This document shows, one piece after another, positions 9,214-16,587 of a stretch of 64,000 nt of DNA. The stretch is from Candidatus Onthovivens sp. (GTDB lineage Bacteria; Bacillota_I; Bacilli_A; RFN20; CAG-826), in assembly GCA_048405595.1 (NCBI GenBank), contig DBFJOT010000052.1, positions 937 to 64,936 on the forward strand, given 5' to 3'. Within the stretch, counting starts at the first letter, position 1; every line of letters starts with the position of its first letter. A program made the translations under genes and the position numbers. A model generated the notes under the pieces. That model did no database searches. It had not been told where the DNA came from and was given only the letters and a program-made list of their open reading frames with translations.

Positions 9214-9290
9214 TGGTGACCTATACGGGATTCGAACCCATGAATGCATGCGTGAAAGGCATGTGAGTTAAGCCACTTCTCCAATAGGCC
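9214..9290 (-). tRNA. tRNA-Glu (anticodon UUC)
   Basis: Hand-folded cloverleaf. Acceptor GGCCTAT/ATAGGTC, anticodon stem CATGC/GCATG, loop CTTTCAC, T arm ATGGG-TTCGAAT-CCCGT, encoded ACCA 3' end. 77 nt. Confidence 0.85.
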
Positions 9291-9298
9291 ATTGAGCT

Positions 9299-9373
9299 TG
9301 GCGCTGACTATAGGATTCGAACCTACAACCGATCGGTTAACAGCCGATTGCTCTACCGTTGAGCTAAGTCAGC
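9299..9373 (-). tRNA. tRNA-Asn (anticodon GUU)
   Basis: Acceptor GCTGACT/AGTCAGC, D arm GCTC-AACGGTA-GAGC, anticodon stem ATCGG/CCGAT with loop CTGTTAA, T arm GTAGG-TTCGAAT-CCTAT, GCCA end. 75 nt. Confidence 0.9.
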
Positions 9374-9394
9374 ACTTCTTTCAAGCGCTTAAAT

Positions 9395-9423
9395 ATACTA
9401 TCACAGAGAAAAGGCTTGTACAA
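9395..9423 (-). promoter_or_regulatory. Putative promoter of the tRNA-Asn/Glu unit
   Basis: Minus strand: TTGTAC (9423..9418), 17-nt spacer, TAGTAT (9400..9395), then ATT-TAAGCGCTTG. The same post -10 motif occurs at the tRNA-Val promoter. Confidence 0.55.
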
Positions 9424-9430
9424 GAGGAAA

Positions 9431-9470
9431 TTTAAATTTTTTTAATTTTTTTTAAATTTTTTTAATTTTT
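9431..9470. repeat. AT-only tandem repeat (20 nt x 2)
   Basis: TTTAAATTTTTTTAATTTTT occurs twice in tandem upstream of the tRNA promoter. It may act as a UP-element-like or curved-DNA tract. Confidence 0.6.
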
Positions 9471-9530
9471 TTGTTTTTATTTGTTTTAATACCTATAAAA
9501 GCCTTTTCATGAAGCATTTTTTGACTCGGA

Positions 9531-9758
9531 CTATCCAAGTTTCTTTTCGATTAAATCTAAAAGTTCACCGACAGTCTTAATACCTTTTGTCTCTGATGAT
9601 TCAAAAGCAATATTAAATCTATCTTCTAAATCTAATAAGAATTCAACGACATCTAAAGAATCTAAGCCATAAGTTGCAATTGTTGCATTTCTATCGATTT
9701 CAGTAACGTTTAATTTTTCTTTAATCATGCTAATGACTTCATTGTTTTTTTCGCTCAT
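9531..9758 (-). CDS. acpP: Acyl carrier protein
   Basis: 75 aa. The phosphopantetheine-attachment motif is YGLDSLDVVEFLLDLEDRFNI. An extended -10 (TGATATAAT, reverse complement of 9787..9795) lies upstream. Confidence 0.85.
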   Translation of the reverse strand: MSEKNNEVISMIKEKLNVTEIDRNATIATYGLDSLDVVEFLLDLEDRFNIAFESSETKGIKTVGELLDLIEKKLG

Positions 9759-9814
9759 AACTATTCAAGTCCTTTCAATTGCAATCATTATATCATAAAA
9801 GATAATTACGTAAC

Positions 9815-9862
9815 TAAAAGAAAACCTAGAAACATGAGATTAGACCCAATTGCTTCTAGGTT
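9815..9862 (-). terminator. Terminator after the pilin-like gene (end of the Tad-like operon)
   Basis: 9-bp stem AACCTAGAA/TTCTAGGTT (9823..9831 with 9854..9862) and a 22-nt loop, followed on the minus strand by UUUUCUUUU. Confidence 0.55.
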
Positions 9863-9876
9863 ATTGGTAACGCTTT

Positions 9877-10083
9877 TTAGAAAGTTAATGATCCTAATTC
9901 ACTACCACTATTTGTCGAAATAACATCAACACCAGCTGGATTCTTTGTTGGATCGAATTTTTCAAAAGACTGACTAACTTTTGTTGCTGCTCCTTGGAAA
10001 GCGGTATAAAGCGTAAATCCAATTGCTCCAAAAATACTGACTACTAATAAAACTCCTAATAATTGGCCTTTAATTTCTGACAT
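9877..10083 (-). CDS. Flp/pilin-like small protein (candidate major filament subunit)
   Basis: 68 aa. Short charged leader MSEIKG, then QLLGVLLVVSIFGAIGFTLYTAF (about 22 hydrophobic residues), then a small polar C-terminal part. AAAGGAG RBS. It is the last gene of the Tad-like operon. Confidence 0.6.
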   Translation of the reverse strand: MSEIKGQLLGVLLVVSIFGAIGFTLYTAFQGAATKVSQSFEKFDPTKNPAGVDVISTNSGSELGSLTF

Positions 10084-10104
10084 TAATCTTCTCCTTTCAA
10101 ATTA

Positions 10105-10449
10105 TTAACCATATATATTGATAACAGTGTAACGTTTTACCTTAATTTCAATTGGCTCTGTTTCAAAAGCTATTAACTTATAGTCCTTAATCAAGTAATA
10201 ACCTAAAACTTCGCCTTCTTGATAACTGTGGTCTATACTCACTGGTTCAATTCGCGCATTCGCAGATTCTAAAACATATTGTTTTAATGAATCATTAATT
10301 TCCCCTGTTCGAGAAATTTTATAACTGACGCTTAAACTTAAAGCATCTAAGTTTGTGTAATTGAGTTGGATCATTACAAAATCCACTCCGAATAAGAAAG
10401 CTATAAATATAAATAATAAAGATAGCATCATTCCGATTTTAGAAGCCAT
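10105..10449 (-). CDS. TadE-like / pseudopilin-like protein
   Basis: 114 aa. The N-terminal hydrophobic helix MMLSLLFIFIAFLFGVDFVMIQL is followed by a beta-rich domain. The start overlaps the upstream gene by 11 nt. Confidence 0.5.
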   Translation of the reverse strand: MASKIGMMLSLLFIFIAFLFGVDFVMIQLNYTNLDALSLSVSYKISRTGEINDSLKQYVLESANARIEPVSIDHSYQEGEVLGYYLIKDYKLIAFETEPIEIKVKRYTVINIYG

Positions 10450-11107
10450 TAGTCATGCCTCCTATGATATTGACAATGATCAATAACATCGTCAGTAATA
10501 TGTATCCACTTCCTAATAGAGATAAAGTTGTAAATACATCCATCTTTTTATATCTATTAAGCATATCTTCTTTTAAATAACGACTTTTAAAATTATCAAA
10601 TAAAGAGATAAATTGATTTAAATAGTTTTCAGTGAAGCCTCCATCAATCATTTGATATAAAGAAATCATTACTTCTTCTATAACTTTATTTTTGAAACTA
10701 TTTCCAAACTCAATAAAAGGTAATATGCTTTTATCATCATCTATTCTTTCTAAGAAATTAGTAATTTCTCTTTTCATTTCTATTGAAGTATATTCACTAG
10801 CTTGCTTTAAAGAACGATAGACACTTTCTTTATTACTTAGATAAATTCTTAAATAAGAAAACACTTCAATAAATTCCATTTCTAAATGTCGTCTTCTATT
10901 TTCAAGCATGTAATCGTAACGTTTAAATAAAAAATAGATGATTCCTAAGCTAACAATTAATCCAAAAGATAATAAAACTAAATTATTAGTTAAAAAATAT
11001 ATAACAAATGAGATAGCTAAACTTAATGTAATTAAACTAGTTAGAATCGCTACTTCTTTTTTTAAATCTAAATTTAATTTTTCTATCTTTTCTTTGAATT
11101 TCTTCAT
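10439..11107 (-). CDS. TadC-like platform protein (single T2SSF/GspF-type domain)
   Basis: 222 aa. Two N-terminal TM helices, a helical cytoplasmic domain and one C-terminal TM. AAAGGAG RBS 8 nt before the ATG at 11107. Confidence 0.6.
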   Translation of the reverse strand: MKKFKEKIEKLNLDLKKEVAILTSLITLSLAISFVIYFLTNNLVLLSFGLIVSLGIIYFLFKRYDYMLENRRRHLEMEFIEVFSYLRIYLSNKESVYRSLKQASEYTSIEMKREITNFLERIDDDKSILPFIEFGNSFKNKVIEEVMISLYQMIDGGFTENYLNQFISLFDNFKSRYLKEDMLNRYKKMDVFTTLSLLGSGYILLTMLLIIVNIIGGMTNGF

Positions 11108-11813
11108 GTTTAGTTTCTCCTTTATATATGAAAGCTAAATCAAATATTCTTGTGGTGTAAGCATAATAAACTCCTAAAAACATCAAATAGTATCCTAAAA
11201 TCAAAAGTGGAAAATAACTTAATGTATCTTTGACTTCTTTAACAAATGAAGATAAAGCTACTTGAAGAATCGCTAATATAATAAAAGTAAATCCCCAACT
11301 AACTAAAAAATCTCTTTCTTTTCTTTTTGACGTTAATTCGAATTCATGAATTCTATTTTCAAGATTACGAGTATCATGAATTAATAATTTAGAAATATCT
11401 AAAATGTTAGCTCCTGATTCAACATATTGATTAATGATATTGACGAAAACTGTATATAAAGGAAGTTCGAAATATTTATTCAAGTATTCGATTTTAACTT
11501 CGACGTTTAAATGATCTATTGAACTCATTTGTTGTCTTAAAGATTCACTAGCATTTTCTTTCATAGCTTCATAAGTTGCATTAATTGAATTTGTAACACT
11601 TAATGAAATAATGAAGTTATTCATAAAACTTATTGCTTCATAATTTCTATCAATCTTTTTACTAAACTCACTAGCTTTAAAATTATACAGTCCGAAAAAG
11701 AAGAGCAAATAAAGTAAACAAACAATGATAGTTAATATCAAATCTCCAGTAACTAAGTAGAAAATCCCCGTAAAACCTAAGCAAAATAGGCTATATATCA
11801 AATATTTTGACAT
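11037..11813 (-). CDS. TadB-like platform protein (single T2SSF/GspF-type domain)
   Basis: 258 aa with a 2 TM + cytoplasmic helical domain + 2 TM layout. It overlaps the ATPase gene by 16 nt and the next gene by 71 nt. Confidence 0.6.
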   Translation of the reverse strand: MSKYLIYSLFCLGFTGIFYLVTGDLILTIIVCLLYLLFFFGLYNFKASEFSKKIDRNYEAISFMNNFIISLSVTNSINATYEAMKENASESLRQQMSSIDHLNVEVKIEYLNKYFELPLYTVFVNIINQYVESGANILDISKLLIHDTRNLENRIHEFELTSKRKERDFLVSWGFTFIILAILQVALSSFVKEVKDTLSYFPLLILGYYLMFLGVYYAYTTRIFDLAFIYKGETKHEEIQRKDRKIKFRFKKRSSDSN

Positions 11814-12865
11814 GTTTTGGTCCTTCTAACTTCATCGTTATATGAATTATATTCAAGTTCATTTAATTCAAAGTCTTTTTTAAATGAGTCATTAATTTCA
11901 TCAAATTCATTAGGATAAACATATAACTTTTTATATACTGAGTTACAATTTGTACCTATTTCATCCACATATCTCACATACATTTTTTTCTCAAAATCAT
12001 AATAAGAATTTAAGTGAACAATTAATTTAAAATGATCATAGATATCACTTAGCGTTTCTTCATAAATTAAAGACTCATTTCCGATCATCGCCATACGAGC
12101 CATTCTTTTATATGTGAACTCACTTCTTTTAGAGTGAAGTGTTGTGATTGTTGGGTGGCCACTCATAACACTGCTTAATAAAGTAAGCATTTCTTTACCT
12201 CTAGCTTCACCAACAATTAGCCAATCAGGAGTACTTCTTAAAGCATTTTTAATCAATGTGTCGATATCCACTTTGCTATTTTCTGATACGCGATTAAGCC
12301 AAGTTAATGAATCGATATCTTTAACAAAATAATCCGTTTCAAGTTCGTTAATATTATCAATTGTTATGATTCGAGAAAATGGTGGCAACTTTGATAATAG
12401 ATACTTTTGAAATTCTGTTTTTCCAGTGCCTGTTTTACCACTTATAACAATTGAGTTATTACTTTTTAAAGCAAAGTTAATTAACTTATAAGCTAATGGG
12501 TTAACAAATCCATCATTATCTTTAATTCTTAATTTCTCATATCCAATTCTTATAGAGAATGTAGTCGTTTTTTCTCTATTTTTTCGACTAATTGAGCTAT
12601 GAGTCGCATTAATTCTATATCTGCCAACACTTACATCTAAAATCGGATTAGTATAACTAAAAAGCGAATCAGTTAAATTAGCTATTTGTCTAATGAATGA
12701 ATAAGCTTCATTTTTTGTGATAGATAAGTCACTTTTCAATCTACCTTTAAGATTATCTTTATAATATACAGTTTCTCCATTGTACGAGATGTCAGTAATA
12801 GAATCTTCTTTTAATAAATCTTTTAAAAAACTATTTTCAATATATTCAACAATTTTATCAATCAT
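11798..12865 (-). CDS. CpaF/TadA/VirB11-family secretion ATPase
   Basis: 355 aa. Walker A ISGKTGTGKTEF, TIDNINELE (Asp box-like), Walker B/catalytic Glu DWLIVGEARGKE, His box SGHPTITTLHS. Confidence 0.85.
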   Translation of the reverse strand: MIDKIVEYIENSFLKDLLKEDSITDISYNGETVYYKDNLKGRLKSDLSITKNEAYSFIRQIANLTDSLFSYTNPILDVSVGRYRINATHSSISRKNREKTTTFSIRIGYEKLRIKDNDGFVNPLAYKLINFALKSNNSIVISGKTGTGKTEFQKYLLSKLPPFSRIITIDNINELETDYFVKDIDSLTWLNRVSENSKVDIDTLIKNALRSTPDWLIVGEARGKEMLTLLSSVMSGHPTITTLHSKRSEFTYKRMARMAMIGNESLIYEETLSDIYDHFKLIVHLNSYYDFEKKMYVRYVDEIGTNCNSVYKKLYVYPNEFDEINDSFKKDFELNELEYNSYNDEVRRTKTCQNI

Positions 12866-13284
12866 AAATCCTTCTCCGTTACTTCAAAACTACCTTTTCC
12901 TTTGAAAGTGAATATTTTGTTATATTGACATTCAAAGTAAAGATCAATTTTTTTAATTCTCTCTGTATATGAGCCGCTACAATAAACATATTTTTTGTTT
13001 GTCTTATCGTATTTATAGTAGACAAAACCAATTTTGTATTTATCTATTTCACCTTTAAGTGTCTTTTTAAAATATGCATTAACTTCTTCTTTGAATATCG
13101 TTGGATTGTAACAAGGTTCAAAATATGTTCCTGAATAATCAATATGTAAAATAGAATTCGATACATGATTTGGTGTAAGTTCATTAAATGTTCTAGAAAT
13201 AAACATACCTTTCATTGCGATACCTGAAAAAGACATAATCGCAATCATTATCGACATTGAAAAATAAAGTATTGAACTTGTCAC
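12862..13284 (-). CDS. N-terminally anchored hypothetical protein in the Tad-like operon
   Basis: 140 aa with one N-terminal TM helix (ILYFSMSIMIAIMSFSGIAM). ATGA overlaps at both ends. Confidence 0.55.
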   Translation of the reverse strand: MTSSILYFSMSIMIAIMSFSGIAMKGMFISRTFNELTPNHVSNSILHIDYSGTYFEPCYNPTIFKEEVNAYFKKTLKGEIDKYKIGFVYYKYDKTNKKYVYCSGSYTERIKKIDLYFECQYNKIFTFKGKGSFEVTEKDL

Positions 13285-14423
13285 ACTAATTCTTCCTTCA
13301 TAAATTTTTGATAAATATCGTCGCTTATAGTTTCACTTTTAGAATCAATAATTCGATTATCTGGATGCTCGTTTAAAAATTCTACTTTAAAAGGGTAAAC
13401 AACATTAATTCCAGTAGAAAAAATATTTTTGATATATAAAGCGCACTCTACTTCTTTATACATTTCATATTTACCTTTAGGCATAAAAAATTGAGTACAA
13501 GGAGCTGGATATTCAAACTCTTTACTATTTTTACTCATTAAGTGAGTTCTTCTATCTACATAATAATTATAATTAAATGATAAGTAGTTTAAGTTATTGT
13601 AACTTGTATGACTTTTAGAAAGCCAATTTCCTACATAACCTTCAAATCTAGGATCGATAAGATCATAAGCTTTTTTCATATATCCATAATCATCTTTAAT
13701 AAATACATATGAGCTATCATAAGTTAAATACTTACGATTAAATGGGCGTAAATATATTTTTTCAACAGGAACACGCAAATAATAATTTTCATAAATTAAA
13801 GATGGTAAATTGTATATTTCAACTCTAATTTCTTCATTGCTAAGTAATCCATTTTTAAATTTTGCATACCAGAAAACTCTTAGTTCTTTAGAAGTTAAAA
13901 CAATTTCTTTAGGCTTACTTAATTTGAAATCAACTTTATTAATGACATCTGGATTAAGCGGCTCATAGCAGCTAATAGTAAATGTTGCCCATGATTTCAT
14001 TTTTGTAAAATCGATAATTAAATCAAACGGAGTTCTAGTGTGATAAGTCTTTTTAGGAATATGTTTTTGTCCTAACACATATGTTTCACCTTCAGCCGTA
14101 GTCATTGCAAACTTTATATATAATGATTCATACGTAAAATGAACTATATTGACACTAGTTTTATAAGTATCGCCAGTATAATCATCTATATTTATATAAA
14201 AATCTTCAATGGTAGCAAAATCATGTTGCGAAATAGGGATATTTACTATATCACCTGGATCTGGTAATGTTCTTTCAAAGTCATATCTAGGTATAATTTT
14301 TTTATCTTTAGCATCAATCGCTTCATAATCAAACGCTCTATTTATCTTATTAGTTGCTTCATTTTGAAACCCAACCGATAACAAAGAAGCACTTAATGAT
14401 AATAATTTAATAAGTTTAATCAT
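13281..14423 (-). CDS. Secreted hypothetical protein, first gene of the Tad-like operon
   Basis: 380 aa. Signal-peptide-like N-terminus MIKLIKLLSLSASLLSVGF. AAAGGAGG RBS. Tyr/Asn/Lys-rich with no recognisable motif. Confidence 0.6.
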   Translation of the reverse strand: MIKLIKLLSLSASLLSVGFQNEATNKINRAFDYEAIDAKDKKIIPRYDFERTLPDPGDIVNIPISQHDFATIEDFYINIDDYTGDTYKTSVNIVHFTYESLYIKFAMTTAEGETYVLGQKHIPKKTYHTRTPFDLIIDFTKMKSWATFTISCYEPLNPDVINKVDFKLSKPKEIVLTSKELRVFWYAKFKNGLLSNEEIRVEIYNLPSLIYENYYLRVPVEKIYLRPFNRKYLTYDSSYVFIKDDYGYMKKAYDLIDPRFEGYVGNWLSKSHTSYNNLNYLSFNYNYYVDRRTHLMSKNSKEFEYPAPCTQFFMPKGKYEMYKEVECALYIKNIFSTGINVVYPFKVEFLNEHPDNRIIDSKSETISDDIYQKFMKEELV

Positions 14424-14572
14424 TTAACCTCCTTTCGCCTTCTTAGGCCCTTTTCACCAATCACAAACAACTGAACTTTCAATTTTTTCATTTTTTCTTA
14501 AATATTTTTTATCACAACTTAATTTATGATATTTAAATTCAATTTGTTTAAAAATATTTCTACTTTTTACCT

Positions 14573-14612
14573 CCTTTACTAACACAAAAGATTGAAGATA
14601 GGTTTTTTTCAA
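14573..14612 (+). repeat. Copy A of a 40-nt intergenic element (CCTTyACTAACACAAAAG-N12-TTTTTTTCAA)
   Basis: An identical 13-mer ACTAACACAAAAG and 10-mer TTTTTTTCAA occur at the same 25-nt offset as in copy B (32403..32442). Confidence 0.7.
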
Positions 14613-14660
14613 AATTCATAGAAAATATTTAAAATTATTTATGTGTTACCTACATAAAAT

Positions 14661-14668
14661 GATAGAAT
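14661..14668 (+). promoter_or_regulatory. Extended -10 promoter element of gmk (likely leaderless mRNA)
   Basis: TGATAGAAT ends 6 nt before the ATG at 14675. There is no Shine-Dalgarno in between. Confidence 0.45.
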
Positions 14669-14674
14669 CTATCT

Positions 14675-15217
14675 ATGATTATTCTTATAGGACCTAGCGC
14701 AAGCGGAAAAACAGAGATTGCTAAATATTTAATATCTAATTTTTCTTTTGAAAAATTTGTTACAACAACTACTAGAGCACCTAGAGTTGGTGAAATTAAC
14801 GATGTCGATTATCATTTTATTGATACTCAAAAATTTAAAGACTTAATTTCTAAAAATAAATTCATTGAATACGTTAATTATAACGATAACTTTTATGGTA
14901 CAACTTTAGAAGAAATTGATGATAAAAAAGTATTAATCTTAGAACCAAAAGGTTTGATTGCATTCAAAAAATTAAACGATTCAAAAATCGTATCTTTTTA
15001 TATCGATGCTTCTTTAGAAACCAGAAAAGAAAGAATGATTTTAAGAAAAGACGATCCTAAAGAAATTACAAAGCGTATTGAAAATGACGATATCTATTTC
15101 GAAAGCGCAAAAAAAGAGGCATCATTTATTATCAAAAATAATAATGACACCTCTATTAAAGATTCAGCTAATAAGATTTATGAAATTTATCAAGATGTTT
15201 TAAGTAAACTTAATTAA
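14675..15217 (+). CDS. gmk: Guanylate kinase-family protein
   Basis: 180 aa. P-loop IGPSASGKTE, TTTRAPRVGEINDVDYHFI and FIEYVNYNDNFYGT. Confidence 0.8.
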   Translation: MIILIGPSASGKTEIAKYLISNFSFEKFVTTTTRAPRVGEINDVDYHFIDTQKFKDLISKNKFIEYVNYNDNFYGTTLEEIDDKKVLILEPKGLIAFKKLNDSKIVSFYIDASLETRKERMILRKDDPKEITKRIENDDIYFESAKKEASFIIKNNNDTSIKDSANKIYEIYQDVLSKLN

Positions 15218-16587
15218 TCATCTTGTCCACTTATACTTTCAATTACTTTTTTATGGAAAGGTTTATCTTCCTCTTCTTTTTCATTTACTTTAATTTTAAG
15301 TTTCTCAATTGTTTGTTTTTCATCAATAGCGATAACTTTCATTTCTAAATTTTTATATATAATTACATCATTTAATTTAGCGAAATTATCATCTAAAAGC
15401 TCGATACAAAAACCGCCAATTGTGACATATTCAGTATCAATTTCTTCGTAATCTAGATCGAAAAGGTCGCAAAAGTCTTCTAAATTCATCTTACCATCGA
15501 CGATATATGAACCATTTTTAGTCTTAACATATGGTTCTTCAGGATCATCGCTTTCATCCCAAATTTCACCAACGATTTCTTCTAATATATCTTCCATCGT
15601 AAGAACACCTTCAGTTCCGCCATACTCATCAAGGATAACAGCGAAATGTTGATGTGTTTCTTTAAAACGAATTAAAATATCATTGATTTCCATTGAACGA
15701 GGGAAAGTAAGATGTTTTAAAAGAATATCTTTAATAGCAACTTCTTTATTTTCAAGTCTAATTCTTACAAGTGTTTTAGTTAAAACATAACCAATAATAT
15801 TATCAATAGAATCTTCATAAACTGGGATTCTTGAATAAATATATGTACGTTCATCTTTTAAGACTTCATTTAAATCATCATTAATATCAATCGCATAAAC
15901 ATCAACTCTAGGAGTCATAATTTCATAAGCTTCAGTTGAAGCATAATCAATTGTTCCATGTAATAATTCAGCTTTATCTTCATCGACAACTCCACTTTCT
16001 TCGATTTCATCGACCATTTCATGAAGTTCATCATCACCAATTTTAATTTCATTAACATTTTTAGTAATCGGATAAGATACAATTTTGCCAAATGTTGTAA
16101 CAAAAATTGTGATTGGGAAGAATAAATATCTTAAGCCATTAATGATATTACTATAAAGAACTGAGAATTTAAGGTTATAAATTTTACCAATTGACTTAGC
16201 GATAATTTCTCCAAAAGTAATTTTAAAGACTAAAACAATTAAGGAAGCACTTAAACCGAATGTTTCACTAATTGTTTCGATATTCGGATTATCTTTAAAT
16301 ACAATTAAAGCAATATTAACACCTAAAAGTGTAGCAATAGTATCAAGACCTGCGTTAACTGTATCATTTAACAATAAAATTGTTGAAATAGTTTGATCAT
16401 ATTCATTAGCTAACTTATATCCTCGACGCAATGATTTCTTAGTAGGATTTTCGTTATACATTCTTTCAAGTTTATTTATATTTACACTTCCATAAACCAT
16501 ATCACTACTTGAAAAGAACATACTTAAGAAAAGTAATACAACGAGAATTAAAGAATAGACTAATATTAAAATTTGTTCGTTACTCAT
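15214..16587 (-). CDS. CNNM/CorC-HlyC family membrane protein (DUF21 + CBS pair + CorC_HlyC)
   Basis: 457 aa. N-terminal 4-TM DUF21, the CBS region (...IMTPRVDVYAID...IPVY...) and a C-terminal transporter-associated domain. Confidence 0.85.
   Translation of the reverse strand: MSNEQILILVYSLILVVLLFLSMFFSSSDMVYGSVNINKLERMYNENPTKKSLRRGYKLANEYDQTISTILLLNDTVNAGLDTIATLLGVNIALIVFKDNPNIETISETFGLSASLIVLVFKITFGEIIAKSIGKIYNLKFSVLYSNIINGLRYLFFPITIFVTTFGKIVSYPITKNVNEIKIGDDELHEMVDEIEESGVVDEDKAELLHGTIDYASTEAYEIMTPRVDVYAIDINDDLNEVLKDERTYIYSRIPVYEDSIDNIIGYVLTKTLVRIRLENKEVAIKDILLKHLTFPRSMEINDILIRFKETHQHFAVILDEYGGTEGVLTMEDILEEIVGEIWDESDDPEEPYVKTKNGSYIVDGKMNLEDFCDLFDLDYEEIDTEYVTIGGFCIELLDDNFAKLNDVIIYKNLEMKVIAIDEKQTIEKLKIKVNEKEEEDKPFHKKVIESISGQDD

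Noticed and set aside
9078-9284. 68-aa ORF on the minus strand
   Set aside because: It overlaps tRNA-Glu(UUC) and its terminator. It has no RBS and its sequence is determined by the tRNA.
9431-9470. Short tandem repeat considered as a possible CRISPR or minisatellite
   Set aside because: There are only two 20-nt units, composed purely of A/T, with no spacers. This is low-complexity promoter-upstream DNA, not a CRISPR array.
14420-14491. 23-aa upstream ORF (MKKLKVQLFVIGEKGLRRRKEVK) whose TGA overlaps the ATG of the first Tad-operon gene
   Set aside because: It has no Shine-Dalgarno, and its 3' part is simply the RBS region of the real gene read in another frame. A leader peptide cannot be excluded, but nothing supports one.
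14568-14580. TTACCTCCTTTAC resembling the 3' end of 16S rRNA (anti-SD)
   Set aside because: There is no flanking rRNA-like sequence. The match is limited to the CCTCCTTT core, and the equivalent position in copy B of the repeat reads CCCTTC.
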